64,000 bases of DNA, taken from the NCBI GenBank assembly GCA_964247055.1, contig OZ176056.1:3782001-3846000 (forward strand), read 5' to 3'. The position numbers and the translations under genes were made by a program. This document shows, piece after piece, positions 12,820-25,700 of the stretch. Every line of letters begins with the position of its first letter. Within the stretch, counting starts at the first letter, position 1. Origin of the DNA: Paragordius varius (taxonomy: Eukaryota > Animalia > Nematomorpha). Under the pieces are notes generated by a model. That model did not search any database, was not told the DNA's origin, and saw only the letters and a list, made by a program, of their open reading frames with translations.

Positions 12820-13160
12820 CATTTAACTAGAATCTCTATAAAGCAGGAATACGACCATCTGTAACCTATGGTTCTGAAACTTGGACATTAAACAAAAATT
12901 CAAACAAAAGTCCAAACTAGGGATGAATCGAAAGCTGCTTCCGTAAAAAACCGATAAAATTGAGTACATCATTTAAACCAATAGACTGCGACTCTACGGG
13001 CATATTCACAGAAGAGACGCAACTTACCCTTTAACCTTAACTTTAATGTTGATGGCAAAAGAAGAAGGGGCGACCACTTATGTATATATATAAATCCTGA
13101 GACAACGTAGTCTTACCACAAAACATTGTAAGAATCGTAAGTTGTGGCTAGAATTAGTTC
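12820..13160 (+). mobile_element. RTE-clade LINE 3' fragment
   Basis: Translates to LYKAGIRPSVTYGSETWTLN ... YGHIHRRD ... FNVDGKRRRGRP, the RTE C-terminal pattern, similar to 23061-23339. Confidence 0.8.
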
Positions 13161-13634
13161 GCCTTACCTACCTGTACTTTTTTAAATTTTGATTTTTCCC
13201 ATATTTATTTACAATTGCAAATATCAATGATTTTGTTAACAATTTCGTCTCTATTTCAAACTTCTCACAAAACTTTGACATATATAAAAAAATCAAGTTT
13301 AAGACAGTGGTCATCATACAAATTATAATTTATCATCCCCGTATAATTTATCATCCCCGTATAATTTATTTTTAACCAGAATTAATTTAGTAAATAATAA
13401 TCTTCTGTCAATCCTTTTTCATATATTATAAAAAACATTCAAATGCAGGATATTGGTTGATTTTATTATCAGCTGTTTGTATCAATAATGTTTTGGAGCT
13501 ATCTGAATTTGGGACTAAAAGAAAATTCCGATAATTCTTAGTTTTTCTAATACACGAGAAAGGGGTTTGATAATTAAAGTTTAACCGAAACAACCTTCAA
13601 AACAGTACTTTGCTAATTACTAAAAGCTCCAGGG

Positions 13635-13923
13635 CAGAGGTGTTTAGCATACGTGGCTTCTCGGGATGCATTTTTGCATAAAAAATTCCGGCCGCATTCG
13701 CAAAATATATGGAAAAAAAATATTTTAAAACATAAGACTGTTAAAACTCTTATTTATTTTAACAATTTTTGCTATTCCTTGCCGAAATTCGGAAACGTTT
13801 ATTCAGAAAATTTGTTTAAGAAATCAATTTTACTTAGATTTTTAAATTTTGTATTTGAAACTTCTCCCGAAAACATTTTGGACGGTCGCATGCGGCCAGC
13901 GGGCAGGGAGTTGGATACCCTTG
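13635..13923. mobile_element. hAT-type MITE (289 bp)
   Basis: Ends are CAGAGGTGTTT... and ...GTTGGATACCCTTG with a subterminal 'gcatgcggcc' motif; flanked by an 8-bp near-TSD ctccaggg (13627-34) / ctctaggg (13924-31). Confidence 0.75.
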
Positions 13924-14762
13924 CTCTAGGGTATCCCAAAATGCCATCGCCTACAAAAAAATGAAAATGTAATAAACGGTTAAGGAAACCACTTCTACTC
14001 ATTAATAAATTTTAGAGGGCCAATAAAATATTTTTCTTGTCTCAACGGCCATAATACCGATAAAATTCACAGAGCTGTTTGACTCGTTTGCAGATATTGA
14101 CATGTATTTCTAAAATATAATGAATACAGGGCCATAAAAAAGCATTTTTAGATTCGCATGACAGTGAGCCGCGGTTTGAGTTACATTGAGTGAAAATCTG
14201 GTTCTTTATTAACACTCCGATATTGGGGTAAGCGACCCTAAATCACCTTTCAATTGATATTCTTGAAAAACTACTAAAGGGACAATTCCAATCAAATTTT
14301 TAAATTATAAATAAGCCAAAAAAAATTATTAGTTAGAAAAAAAACAAAATGGCTAAATCAGTTTATATCAAGTTTTTTTATATCTTTTTCATATTTCGGC
14401 TTGTCATTATTTAAGGGAAAACTTTTATGGTTTCAATTTATTCCATTGAAATAATTAATTTAAAACAGGCCTGAGGTCATAATTGACCCCAATTGGTATT
14501 GTATTGTTTACAAGTGTTTAAACAATACGTTGATTTTACATAACATATTACAGCCAGTGTTTATCCCCTTATGAAGTTTTAATACCCAAATATGGAGTCA
14601 CTTAAGTAATATTTGTTGAGCATGTTTAACTTGAAAAATAAAATTTTAAATGAAATTTTTTCGTTAGAAACGGGAGATGAAACGTTATTGTGAATCATTT
14701 AACAATCACTTGTAAAAAAATTCTCAAATGTCCAAAAATTAAAGTTAAATAATATATATATA

Positions 14763-15932
14763 TACTGTGTGCAAAAAAGAGGGTTAATTTTTTTTAAAAA
14801 AAATTTTTTTTCATGAGATAGCTTATGACCAGTGAATTCATTTGCCGCAAAAATTTTAATTTGTGAGAAAATCGAAATCGGCAAAGTGAAAATTAAGGAT
14901 AGTTAAGGATAATTTAAAAATAATCATAAAATTATGGTTTATTTATTTAGGAGATATTTTCGATATATCAATAGCCTAAAATCATATAGTTAGGGTTTCT
15001 ATAAAATCTCAGTTCAAATGGCGTGTTACTTTAAACCCACTTAAAAGTCAAGAAAATTTTAGGTATATTAAAATATTTTTTTAATAATTTATTAGCTAAA
15101 CTCACTATTAAAATCTTAACATTGATAATTTATTCAGAAAAAATACTTCTATATCAAAATAGAGCTAAATAATATTGATTTTTATTTTTTCATTTTTTGT
15201 CATCTGATTTATGAGTGTATCAAAAATTTATACTGTTTAATTTTGGAATCTTACATGAGTGGGAGTTATAAAGTATATAATATGGAAAAGAGGATTAAAA
15301 GTAGTGGAATATCAATCAACAATCCTTATAAATCCCTGTAACAAGTTTGTTTTAACACAAATAAATATTTTTACTTGGATATGCACAGATTTTTGGTTAA
15401 TTTTCCACTACTTCGCTCATGTGAAATTCCATTAGACAGTAAATTTTTTATATTCATGAAACAGATGATAAAAAATGAAAAAAATAAAAAACAATATATT
15501 TGATTTTATTTGATATAGAAGTTTATTTTACTGAAAAAATATGAATGTTAAGATTTTAATAGTGAATTTTGGTAATAAATAATTAAAAAAAATTATTTTA
15601 GTATAGTTTCATTAAATTTATTTTGTCTTTTAAAATAAAAGAAAAACGTCATCTTTTGACCTGAAATTTTATAGAAACCCTAATATGATTTTAGGTTATT
15701 CATATATTGAAAATATCTCCTAAAATGATAATTAACCATATTCAACGTTTATCATTATTTTTTGAATTATACTTATTATCTTAATTTTCACTTTTAGCCC
15801 AATGTAATTTTCTCTCAATATTTCAAAAACTAGGTCGTTAACAAATAAAAATTTTTACGGCAAGTGAATACGCTGGTCATAAGCTATCTCGTGAAAGACA
15901 AATTATTTTGTTAAAATTTTTTGCGCATAGTG
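14763..15932. mobile_element. Tc1/mariner-type non-autonomous element with long (about 270 bp) imperfect terminal inverted repeats
   Basis: TA|tactgtgtgcaaaaaa ... ttttttgcgcatagtg|TA. Inverted blocks: 'gagatagcttatgaccag' vs 'ctggtcataagctatctc', and 'agggtttctataaaat' vs 'attttatagaaaccct'. Confidence 0.7.
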
Positions 15933-17169
15933 TATATATAAACGTGAAATTCTGCTAAAATAAGAATAGACAACATTTTTTCATTTTCTGATATTAATTA
16001 ACTATCATTTTAACAGTAAATCTGAAATAAAAATCATAATTCCACCTAATAATTTTTTATAGAAAATATCCCACAAATGCCCATCTGTAATATGTCATTT
16101 GAATGAGTAATTCGAAAACTCTATAAAATGCATACTAATATGTTTTTCAGATAGTTAATATTGGACATAGAGCGACAAACCCTCGATGCGAGAGCCTTTT
16201 TCATAATTAATATATTTTTAAAAACTTTGTGTAGATGTCAATTAATCCCCAAAAGAGATAACACAAGAAATTTTTTTTGATTAAAACGCTTATTTATTGC
16301 TTTTATATCATTCCAAACAGCCATTTTTAATTTTATATTTTTTAAAAAAATACCGTCATATTAATATTAATTATTTTCTTTAAAAGCTTATAATTTCCAA
16401 ATTTTAAAATCTAGAAGTATAGTTATAGGTATCTTGATCTGTTATAGCCATTATGTAAAAAATTTACATTTATAACTCTGCATTTTAGTATCCACTAGGT
16501 AAAATATTATGATAATAATAATTTTTATTATTAAAAAAGCAAACCAAAAGCTTTTTGATTTATTTTAAATTAAATACTATAACCCTAATATTTATATTAA
16601 AATAATTTACATGATTCAGTTTTTTGCGCTCTTTCGAATGATATAAAATACATGGCTCTATATTTAATAAAATTTTGAGTTATAAAAATTTTCTATAAAT
16701 ACTAATATTAATAAAATTAGGTATTAGACTAATTTTTTTCAGATATACAATTTATGTGCTTTAATGATATAAATTTTAAATTTACAAGAATGGCACTTAA
16801 AAAAAGTTAAAATTTGTTGTTTAGTGTAATAAATCACATCAATGATAGAAACCATACCGGGTGATATTTTATACTTTTCAATATTACTTTGAGTTTAATA
16901 TAATCAAGTCAAATATAAAATTTCTGATACACTTTTTCATAGACTTGAATTTCGAGACAAACGTCAAATAAATCATTTTAGTTTTTCTCTATTTTATGCG
17001 CATTCCATATGTGTTTTAAAACTATTTACAATACATTAATGTTTTAAGACTATTGTCTTTAACTTTTTCAGAGATGGTCATGTGATTTAAATTTCTTTAT
17101 TTTCAAAAATATATTTTAATTTATCCGTGTTGCCAACAAAACAATGTTTGTTTTTTTTTTCATTTTGAA

Positions 17170-17383
17170 ATGATTATCCAAATCATAACATCCATATTAA
17201 TATTAATCATTGGTTTTCCATCCATAAAATCATATTATACTACTCCTCGAAATTTATATTCGGCGAAACAAAATTTTAACACCAAGTATTTAAAGCCAGA
17301 ACCCTGTTACAGTTATGCATGTTCTGATCAAGACTATGATATCATTAAATACAATCGTAACCGAATAACAACTTTTGATGCAG
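17170..17383 (+). CDS. Candidate first exon of an unknown secreted protein
   Basis: MIIQIITSILILIIGFPSIKS (signal-peptide-like) followed by a polar region with CxxxxC; ends GCAG|GTATGA (phase 1 donor at 17384). No downstream exon could be assigned with confidence. Confidence 0.4.
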
Positions 17384-17516
17384 GTATGATTTTATTCCTT
17401 GCCTAATATTTTATAAAAGTAATCTCATAAGTATAAATTCTTAGTATACTAAAAAATTATGGTATATATAATATTATACGGATAAGAAGATTCATTATAT
17501 GACAAAAGACTTTTAA

Positions 17517-18078
17517 CACTTGGATACAATACATTCATTTTAGTCCTTCGATTGTTAAATACCACAGGCCTGTTTAAAATAAAATTCCTTAATAATATGG
17601 AAGGAATCGAAACCATGGCAAAATTTTGCAATTATATAACATCAATAAACCGAAATATATAAAAAAATTTATTCAAAAATACTTGATATTACTTATTTTA
17701 AGCTAAAACCGAAAGGTAAAAATTTAGTCAACTTGACATATGTGCAATGGTAAAATTAAAAAATAATGCAAAATAAACCGCTTTTCTATTTCTATCAAAG
17801 TTAGATGTAATTTATATAAAAAATTAGCTTTAATTTTACCTTCAAAATTAAATGAAGACGATATTTTTCAAAAAATTTTTAAAATAAAAATGGCGTCGAA
17901 GTAGTTTGACATGGAACTTTTTTTTAACAAAATTTTATTTAGATATTTTCATATTTATATAATTTTTATTAGGATAGAAGTATAAATTTAAATTGGGACC
18001 GTTTCCTCCAGTAGTTTTTAAGAATCCTAACTCAAATTTAGTCTGGGGTATTCAGATACCCCAATTTGAATCGAAGTG
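17517..18078 (+). mobile_element. TTAA-specific (piggyBac-like) MITE, 562 bp
   Basis: TTAA|CACTTGG ... CGAAGTG|TTAA; near-identical copies elsewhere in the window. Confidence 0.85.
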
Positions 18079-19619
18079 TTAAAACGCTAATTAAAATTTG
18101 ATTTTGTAAATATAATTTATAATAAAATAGAGTTAATAATTGGATATACAATTAATTAGGTTGCAAATGGATTTGAGTATTATATAAAAAAAATGAATAA
18201 AGTATGGTATCTTCTGAAAAATTCCCTAATGAGTTTTATCTGTAAAATTCTAATTTTTATGAAATTAATTTGCTAAATATATTTCTAAATTAAAAAAGCA
18301 ACAAAATGTTTGCTTGGTTATGTTGTGTTTTAATTAATTGAAATATTACATAGTGCACATAAAGTCTATAAACTGTCAATTCCATTGTACCGTTTTTCAT
18401 TCAAGAACATTTTTTCAACCAACTCAACATTTTCTCAGCCAAACGCAATATTTTAAGACAACAAAATGTTGCTCGATGAAAAATGTTGCGTTTGCCTAAA
18501 TATATTGCTTCTGAAAAATGGTATACAAAGGTTTAACATATGTATATTTTTGATTTTAAGTAAAATTGGATAAATTGAAATATACAGAAACAAAAAATAT
18601 AATATCATGATGAAATATTTTTAAGGACCAAGATAATGATGTCTTAATTGGGGCTTAGATGTTACTAAAGAAAGTAATATCAGTTGGGTATAATTTATTA
18701 TAACACAATAATGGGAAAACACAGTAATGCAATGGACTTAAAGAAGTTGTTGTTTATATAGGTTATATTTAATTCCGAGAAATGTATACGGATCTTATTA
18801 TATATTTTTATCGTGCATTAACATATACAAATTTCTGAGAATGATGAGTGTGCATTTATAAAACAGTCACGTAGTCTAAAACTTGTCACGTAGTATATAA
18901 CATGTCACGTAAAATATTAATAATAGAAAAGTATTATAAGTATGCATTGAATAGCATTGTAATATATAAAATAGAGTTATGTTTTGTTGCATATTATATA
19001 ACATCATATCAGAAAGTAATTCCATATTAATGCAAATATTGCATAGCCATAATTTGCGCCGGTGAAAGAATGCTAAACGGGCATCTCTTTATTGTTATAA
19101 ATCAAGCATAAATTTGAAATTTAAAAAATCTTGTGCTTTTCAATATAGGGAGCCCACGGTAAGTATATACCTATTCGACTTACTTTTTACCCCAATGATG
19201 AATATTGCTCCATATTAAAATCGCAAAATAAGGCTATCACAAAAGTTTACATGCAGCATTTTAATTTGGACATGTACTAGTAATTACTGAAACGATTTTT
19301 ATGCTTTCATCAAGGTATTTTTTAGGGGTGGTTTTATACTCTTAGAACGTGAATTTATACTCATATATGTTTTATAAAACAAAATAGTAACTCCATGACT
19401 AAATAAAATTTACATTTTATTAGTTCTTGGAAAAATTTGAATCACATAGACCCTCTATATGAAAAAACTTAATTTTTGGCTATTTTTTAATTTAATATTT
19501 AAACGTCATGATCAAAAAGAATTTAGCGTATCCATTTATATTAGCAATATGTATAAAAAAATTGCTATTGTTAGGCGCTACAACTCATTTAGGAATCCTA
19601 TGAATAATGAATATATATA

Positions 19620-20625
19620 TACGTATATAATATCATCTTGTTATTTAAAAAATTGTGCGGCCTCTAGGAATTTCGCTAAATGTAAATGAATCGAATGATA
19701 ACCAAAAAAACTGATTGATCTTTATGACAATCCATTCCTTAAGCCAATTCTTAACGTCTTCGAAATTATTGAAGTTGCTAGGGGTGCCCCATTGGTATAA
19801 GTCAGATGGCGCCATCAAAGTTAAGGATGCGAATACTATCGAAGCTATATTAGGTTCTTCACTGGTTTTGCTGTTGTAATAGAGCATAGGTAAAAAAATA
19901 CTTTACCCTGTCTTCTTGCCCGCTCCGATCATTTTTTGATTAATGCATGGTTTAATGGCTATAGTGTTGAGTGTATTATCGGTTTCGCCTGGTTTTGTCT
20001 GGATTCAAAATATCGCTCTCCAGATCCAGATCACGGTCTTCCTACCGAAGCGATTTGGTCTTATTGTAGATGAAACGGCTTCAATTAGCCACGATTTTCC
20101 TCTATGGATTTACAAGATAAAGCCAATACTCATCACCCATCCCAAATTCGATGTTTTATGACGTTGAAAGGTATCTTTACCATTTTCAATTTAACGTTCA
20201 TTTTAATTGTGTGGGACACATATACTAAATTTGTTTCTCTTTTCCATTGCGCGAAGACAACTATTAATTGTTTGCATGTACTACTTCTGCAAATTGTTGC
20301 CAAGTTTTCGTTGAGTCATTATCAGTTTTCTTGCACTTTAGTGTTATTCCAGTTGTGTAACAAAGCGCCCAAGCTCTCTCGCACAAAATATGACTTTAAT
20401 ATTTAGAAACCATAGCATGTTTATTGACTAGCACCTTCATTATAGGTTTCTGTCAGCAAACAAAATTTTTTAACCAACCTTTTGTCTTATGATGGCAATG
20501 CGTGCCACAAACGTTTTCTTTTGGTCACCCAATTCCACATTAATGAAGAAAAATAAGTAGCGAGTTTATGGTTTCAATTTGTGTGTGTTTGTTGTTGAAT
20601 GTAACAAATCGAGGTATGTACATAA
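19620..20625 (-). mobile_element. mariner (Mos1-like) transposase remnant
   Basis: Minus-strand fragments include ICVPHN*NER (WVPHELNE), HRGKSW...STIRPNRFGRKT, KPGET, and MAPSD...FNNFEDVKNWLKEW...FFW; many stops and frameshifts. Confidence 0.85.
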
Positions 20626-22759
20626 TTAATTTTCTGCGAACTTTTCTCCTATGTATCTTCTTTTAATTAACCCGTTAATTACTTGCAAATAGACCTGGCA
20701 TTTAAATATTTTAGATTGTTTGCACTGCAGTTCAATTCGATTCCACTGTCCGAATTAACAAAAATATTTATTACACCATCTGGTAATATTTAATTAAGAG
20801 CTGTGTAAATGTTAGGTTAATATATATTTGATTTTCTTTAAAATCATATTTTTTCAGCCGATAATTTGTTTTAAAGTGGTATATTGGTAAGCAGTTTATT
20901 ACATATTTTCACTTCAATTACTCCAGCTAAATCTTAAATTCCAATTTCTAATAAATAGCTTAAAACATTTTAACATCTTTTACTACATTATAATTTTTTT
21001 AACCATTAATATAAATTTGATTTTCTAAATCACATAAATAAATTCGTATTTAGCACCAAATGGCATTGGTTTAATCAGGGCCCCGACCACAAAATATGGA
21101 TACCAAGGAAAAAGGCATTTACTTGGAAAGCCTTCAAAAAATGATGGATGAAAATTTAAACATTTTATTAAATTAAATTATGTTTGCAGATTATTTGAAA
21201 ATGTTAATTTAATTTTAAAATTTCCATGCCTAATAAATTCAGCGCATAAAATCCATTTACATTCATTCCAAGTAACGAAATTAACTGATCGAATGTATAA
21301 TAGGAGGAAAAGTTTATTTAAATATAGATTTGGACTTTTTTGATATTCAATTAGTGAAATTTTTCACGTGGTCACGACTCGCGTGAAATAACACGAAATA
21401 TATTTAACGGTTTAAACATTTTGTTGGGATATGTTAAAATAAATTATCTTATAATACGTTATAGAAAGCGTAATTAACGATTTGTTAAACCCATAAGAAC
21501 ACCTTTAGCGTTTTTATAATAAATATTTCGAATTTCATAAATTTTGGGATACCTTTCTATGTTTTCTAAACTATATTTTAATATATAATGAATAATGCGC
21601 TTTCAGAACCAAACAGAATTAAATGATCCAACGCTGATTACTAAAAATATAAAAAACTAAAAATTAATGAAACATGTATCATAGCCTATATACAATTCAA
21701 GTTCAACATAAACGTACTGCACCCTAATAATTTTGTATGTTTCATGGTTAAACTCGTACTTTAAAAGTATTATTTGAATATTTGCATTATTAGGTAGGTC
21801 GCCGGACTCACCCCGAAACTACGCAATTTTTCCATCATGACTGTCAGCCCTGGGCAGGCGAGTGTTAAAGCCTTCACATGTCCGGATACAATTTAGTCTT
21901 TGCCCTTTAATAAAAAAGGATAAAAGAGACTCTAAACTGTATATTTTATTGAATTAACAAATTTTTGAATGACCTGATAAAAAATTTACCAAAGTTTTAT
22001 GCGTACAAAGATTTTTATTTATAACTTCTAAGATTAATGAAATAATAAAATTAATTAAACAATTATATTTTACTGATGGATGATCCACAAATAAAATATA
22101 ATTTATTAAATTGTGATAAATAATCTCATATATATTTATAATATAAATATTATATTTTTGTCAAAAATCAAATAATTATACAATCTTAATTAATAAATTA
22201 TATTAAAACATCGTTGAATGAAAAAAAATTGTTTTAAAAGAAATATCAATAAAAAGCAAAACTTGTTTCCAACTGATCGCATTCTAGATTTTAAAAATAT
22301 GGAATATATACCCCAACCAAGATTTATATCGGAAAGTATTATCCAAAAAACAGTAATAACTTTAATATGATTAAAATAAATAATTGCTGGAAAACATAAA
22401 TTGTTTTGTAATTTAATAACAATTTTTAGAAATGTAATTTTTTATATGCATTCTTATACATTCATAATTTTTATCAGCGATGTTTCAATTGATTAATTAA
22501 ATAAGATTCTACATTTTTTTAGTGTTTCCCTGACAATGATATAATATTCATATCGGAATATTTAATCTCATACCCAAAAAAATCTATTTTCTATAGTTAA
22601 TTTACAATTAAATTGTAAAATGTTTTAAATAGGAAAAAAACATGGTAATTATCCCGTATCAAAAAATTGCTTTTTTGCACATTGAATTTATACAAATTAT
22701 AATAAACAGCATCTAAATATTAGTAACCTGTTCATATGTGGCAGGGCACAGCTCGGATA

Positions 22760-25700
22760 GGCATCAAAGAACCGCTTTGGATAACGATGTTTGATTATAT
22801 ATACCTATAAGTTCACTATAACATGAATGCGTTTTCTTATCGTTATATACAATTAACTTACTATCTAGTAAATAATCATGTATCGTCTTTGTGTAATGGC
22901 TAGTCATGTATCCGTATAGAGGCTGTCTGTAATATTTGCGATCCTGCCAGGCGTTATCTATCATTAATGTTGACAACATATAAATCCTTATTATTTGTTT
23001 TTTCCCAGTTAAATGTTGGTCTACCCCTGCGATTGTTACCTTCGGGATGTAGGGATAAAATTATATTTGTCCATTGTTCTGGAACACGTTTGATGTGTCC
23101 GAAATATCTAAGCCTATTTTTTTGAGCATAGCCTTTAAAGGTTCGATTTGGTACAGTTGATGCGAATTTGAATTTGACTTGTTGGGGTCGTATAAATATA
23201 GCTTTTCTATGTTCATTAGTATTTTCTCAATTGAATGTATCATTGGCCATGTATCGCTTCCATACAGGAGTATGGGACGTATGCCGGCTTTGTAGATCAA
23301 ACCTTTGTTTTTTGCTGATGTGTTTAATTTTGAGCACAAATTTAAGTTGATGATATTTTACCCAAGCCTGTTGGGATCTATACTGAACTGACTGGTTCCA
23401 CCTAGGCAATGTATGACATCGCCCAAGTATTTAAAATTTTACCGATTCGATTTTGGCGTCTGCCATATAAAGGTAATGATTCACTTATAAATTTATCATT
23501 GTTGGTTAATTTCCTTTTATAAGCGAGCACTTTTTGTGTGCCCACTTATTGCATGATGTACATAAGCTGGAATTGAGTTTTACATCTACACATACTCCAC
23601 AGGAAACTTAGGTTGTTCATATACAATTCACCCGTTATCAGTACCTTTGTTTTGCTTATATTTATATTCGTTCCACTCTTTTCTAAGTGTGATTTCCATT
23701 GTTGTACTTTTGATTTAATTCTTCCATTGATGTTGCGGGGAGGTGTCGTCCGCATAGATAAGTTCCCATGGTGGGCCTTGTTTTATATATTTTGTTAGGT
23801 AATCCATTTATTAAAATGAAGAGTAGAGGGCTTAGGATGGAGCATTGATGAAGACCAGATTCGTTTGGGACAAAAGCTGTGCTGCCTAGTGTTTATCTGA
23901 CGCAGTTTGTGGTTTTGTAGTACATCATTTCTATTGATTTAATTATCCAATCATCTACGTTGTTGGCTCGTAGTGTGGATATGATTAACTCATGGGGATA
24001 CAATCTCAAAGGCCCTTTGTAAATCAATAAATACATTATAAAATTTTTTATTTTTCGCTAAATAATTCTCTTGCAATCTTCTCAAAATCAATTGTGCTAG
24101 TGTTTAGTTTATAGGCATATTGCGATTCCTGTATGCTAATGATTGATCTCAGTTTCGATTCAATAATGGATTCAAAAAAAAATCCAACAACTTTAGTGGT
24201 CTGTAGGGGGAACAAACGAGTATGTCTCCTCTGTTTTTATAAATGGGTATTATGGTGCTTTTTGACCAATCATTAGGGATGCGATTCCTTGACAAGATTT
24301 GATTAAATATGTTAGTTAAATGTGGAATGCATTGGGGTAAAGCTTTAATCAGGTAGGAGCTGAGTTTAGATGGAGCAGGTGCTTTGTTATTTAACTTGGC
24401 CAAGGCATCTCTTACATCGTCTGTTGTTATCAATGGCCGGGGACCAATTGCTGGTGGTTGGTTTATTGTTCAAAATCATGTATTTGCGAATTTTTCTTGG
24501 TAATATGTGGTTCAGACATTGCTTAAATCTCTCCAATCAGTTGCTAGATGTTGGTATTTATCTTTATTATAGAAAATTTGTTTAGTGTCCTTTTTATTAT
24601 TGTTAACTGAGTTTATTGTTCGGAAAATCTTAAGTTTCATGTCTTGTTCTAGTTTTTTAGCTAAATCCAAAGCTTTTTTGTTGGATGAAATATTGATGGC
24701 TTGTTGTAAATTTTTATTTGATTTGATATATGATTCCAAGTCTCTTTTATCTTTTGTTTGTTTCCATCTTTTGTAGTTATGGCTTTTAATTATGATTAAA
24801 GGATTCATGGATTCTGACCACCACAAATTTGATTGTTGTTTATTCCTGTATATTTTCTTTCTGCCACAAATAAACAAATTCGGCATAATGGTGTTTTTAA
24901 TATTATCCCAAGCTTGTTCAGATGTTATGTGGTTGAGGCTGAGCGCTGCATTAACAGTTTTTGAGAGTTGAAGTTTAAGATCAGGAAGGTGCAACTTTTC
25001 TAAGTTTATTTTGGGTTTCTGACTATGGTAATAGGATTCGTTTATTGTTATTATTTCTACAATCAATTTATGTTGTGTATCAGTGAGATGTGTTTTAAAA
25101 TATTTGATGAATTTTCCATCTTGAAAATGTAGTCTACCATAAAGTTTTGATTACCACTTGTATAAGTTTTTTAATTTCTTTGCTGGTTTCGTGAAGAGGA
25201 TATTGCAGATAGTAAGTCTAAGAGATGCGCAGTATTTTAATAATGTATCACCTTCTTTGTTACGGCTGCTAAAAGCGTTCCCTCCATGTATTCTCATATC
25301 TTCTTGACCATTAGTGCCAACTTGGGAATTAAAATCTCGACCTATGAAAATTTTATCATTTGGAAGTATTGCATGAGAGATGTCGTATAGTTGGTTCCAA
25401 AAGGCTTGTTTGGTTGCTTCGCTTAATCCAGACTGAAGGGCATAGATGAAAAGTATGTTAAGAAATTGTTTTTTAAAACCGATATATTTGAATAATTCTT
25501 TCGTTGTGTATGTTTATTTCTATTATATTATCACAATATTCATTTTTAATAGCTATAGCCACTCCATGTTGGCCTTTTATTCAACCTTGTAGAATATTGT
25601 ATAGATGTCAATATTCAGCTTTCTCAGATTTATACCTTGTTTCCTAGAGGCAACAGATGTCAATGTTTTTCTCTTTTATTTAGTCGATAACTAAGTTTGA

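Noticed and set aside
17449-17631. Similar short ORFs at 17449-17631 and 35603-35842 suggesting a gene family
   Set aside because: Both lie on the end of the TTAA MITE, so the similarity is at the repeat level.
19943-20406. Plus-strand ORFs 19943-20161 and 20104-20406, and an initial idea of a piggyBac transposase
   Set aside because: They are antisense shadows of a minus-strand mariner remnant, identified by WVPH, RPNRFG and APSD motifs.
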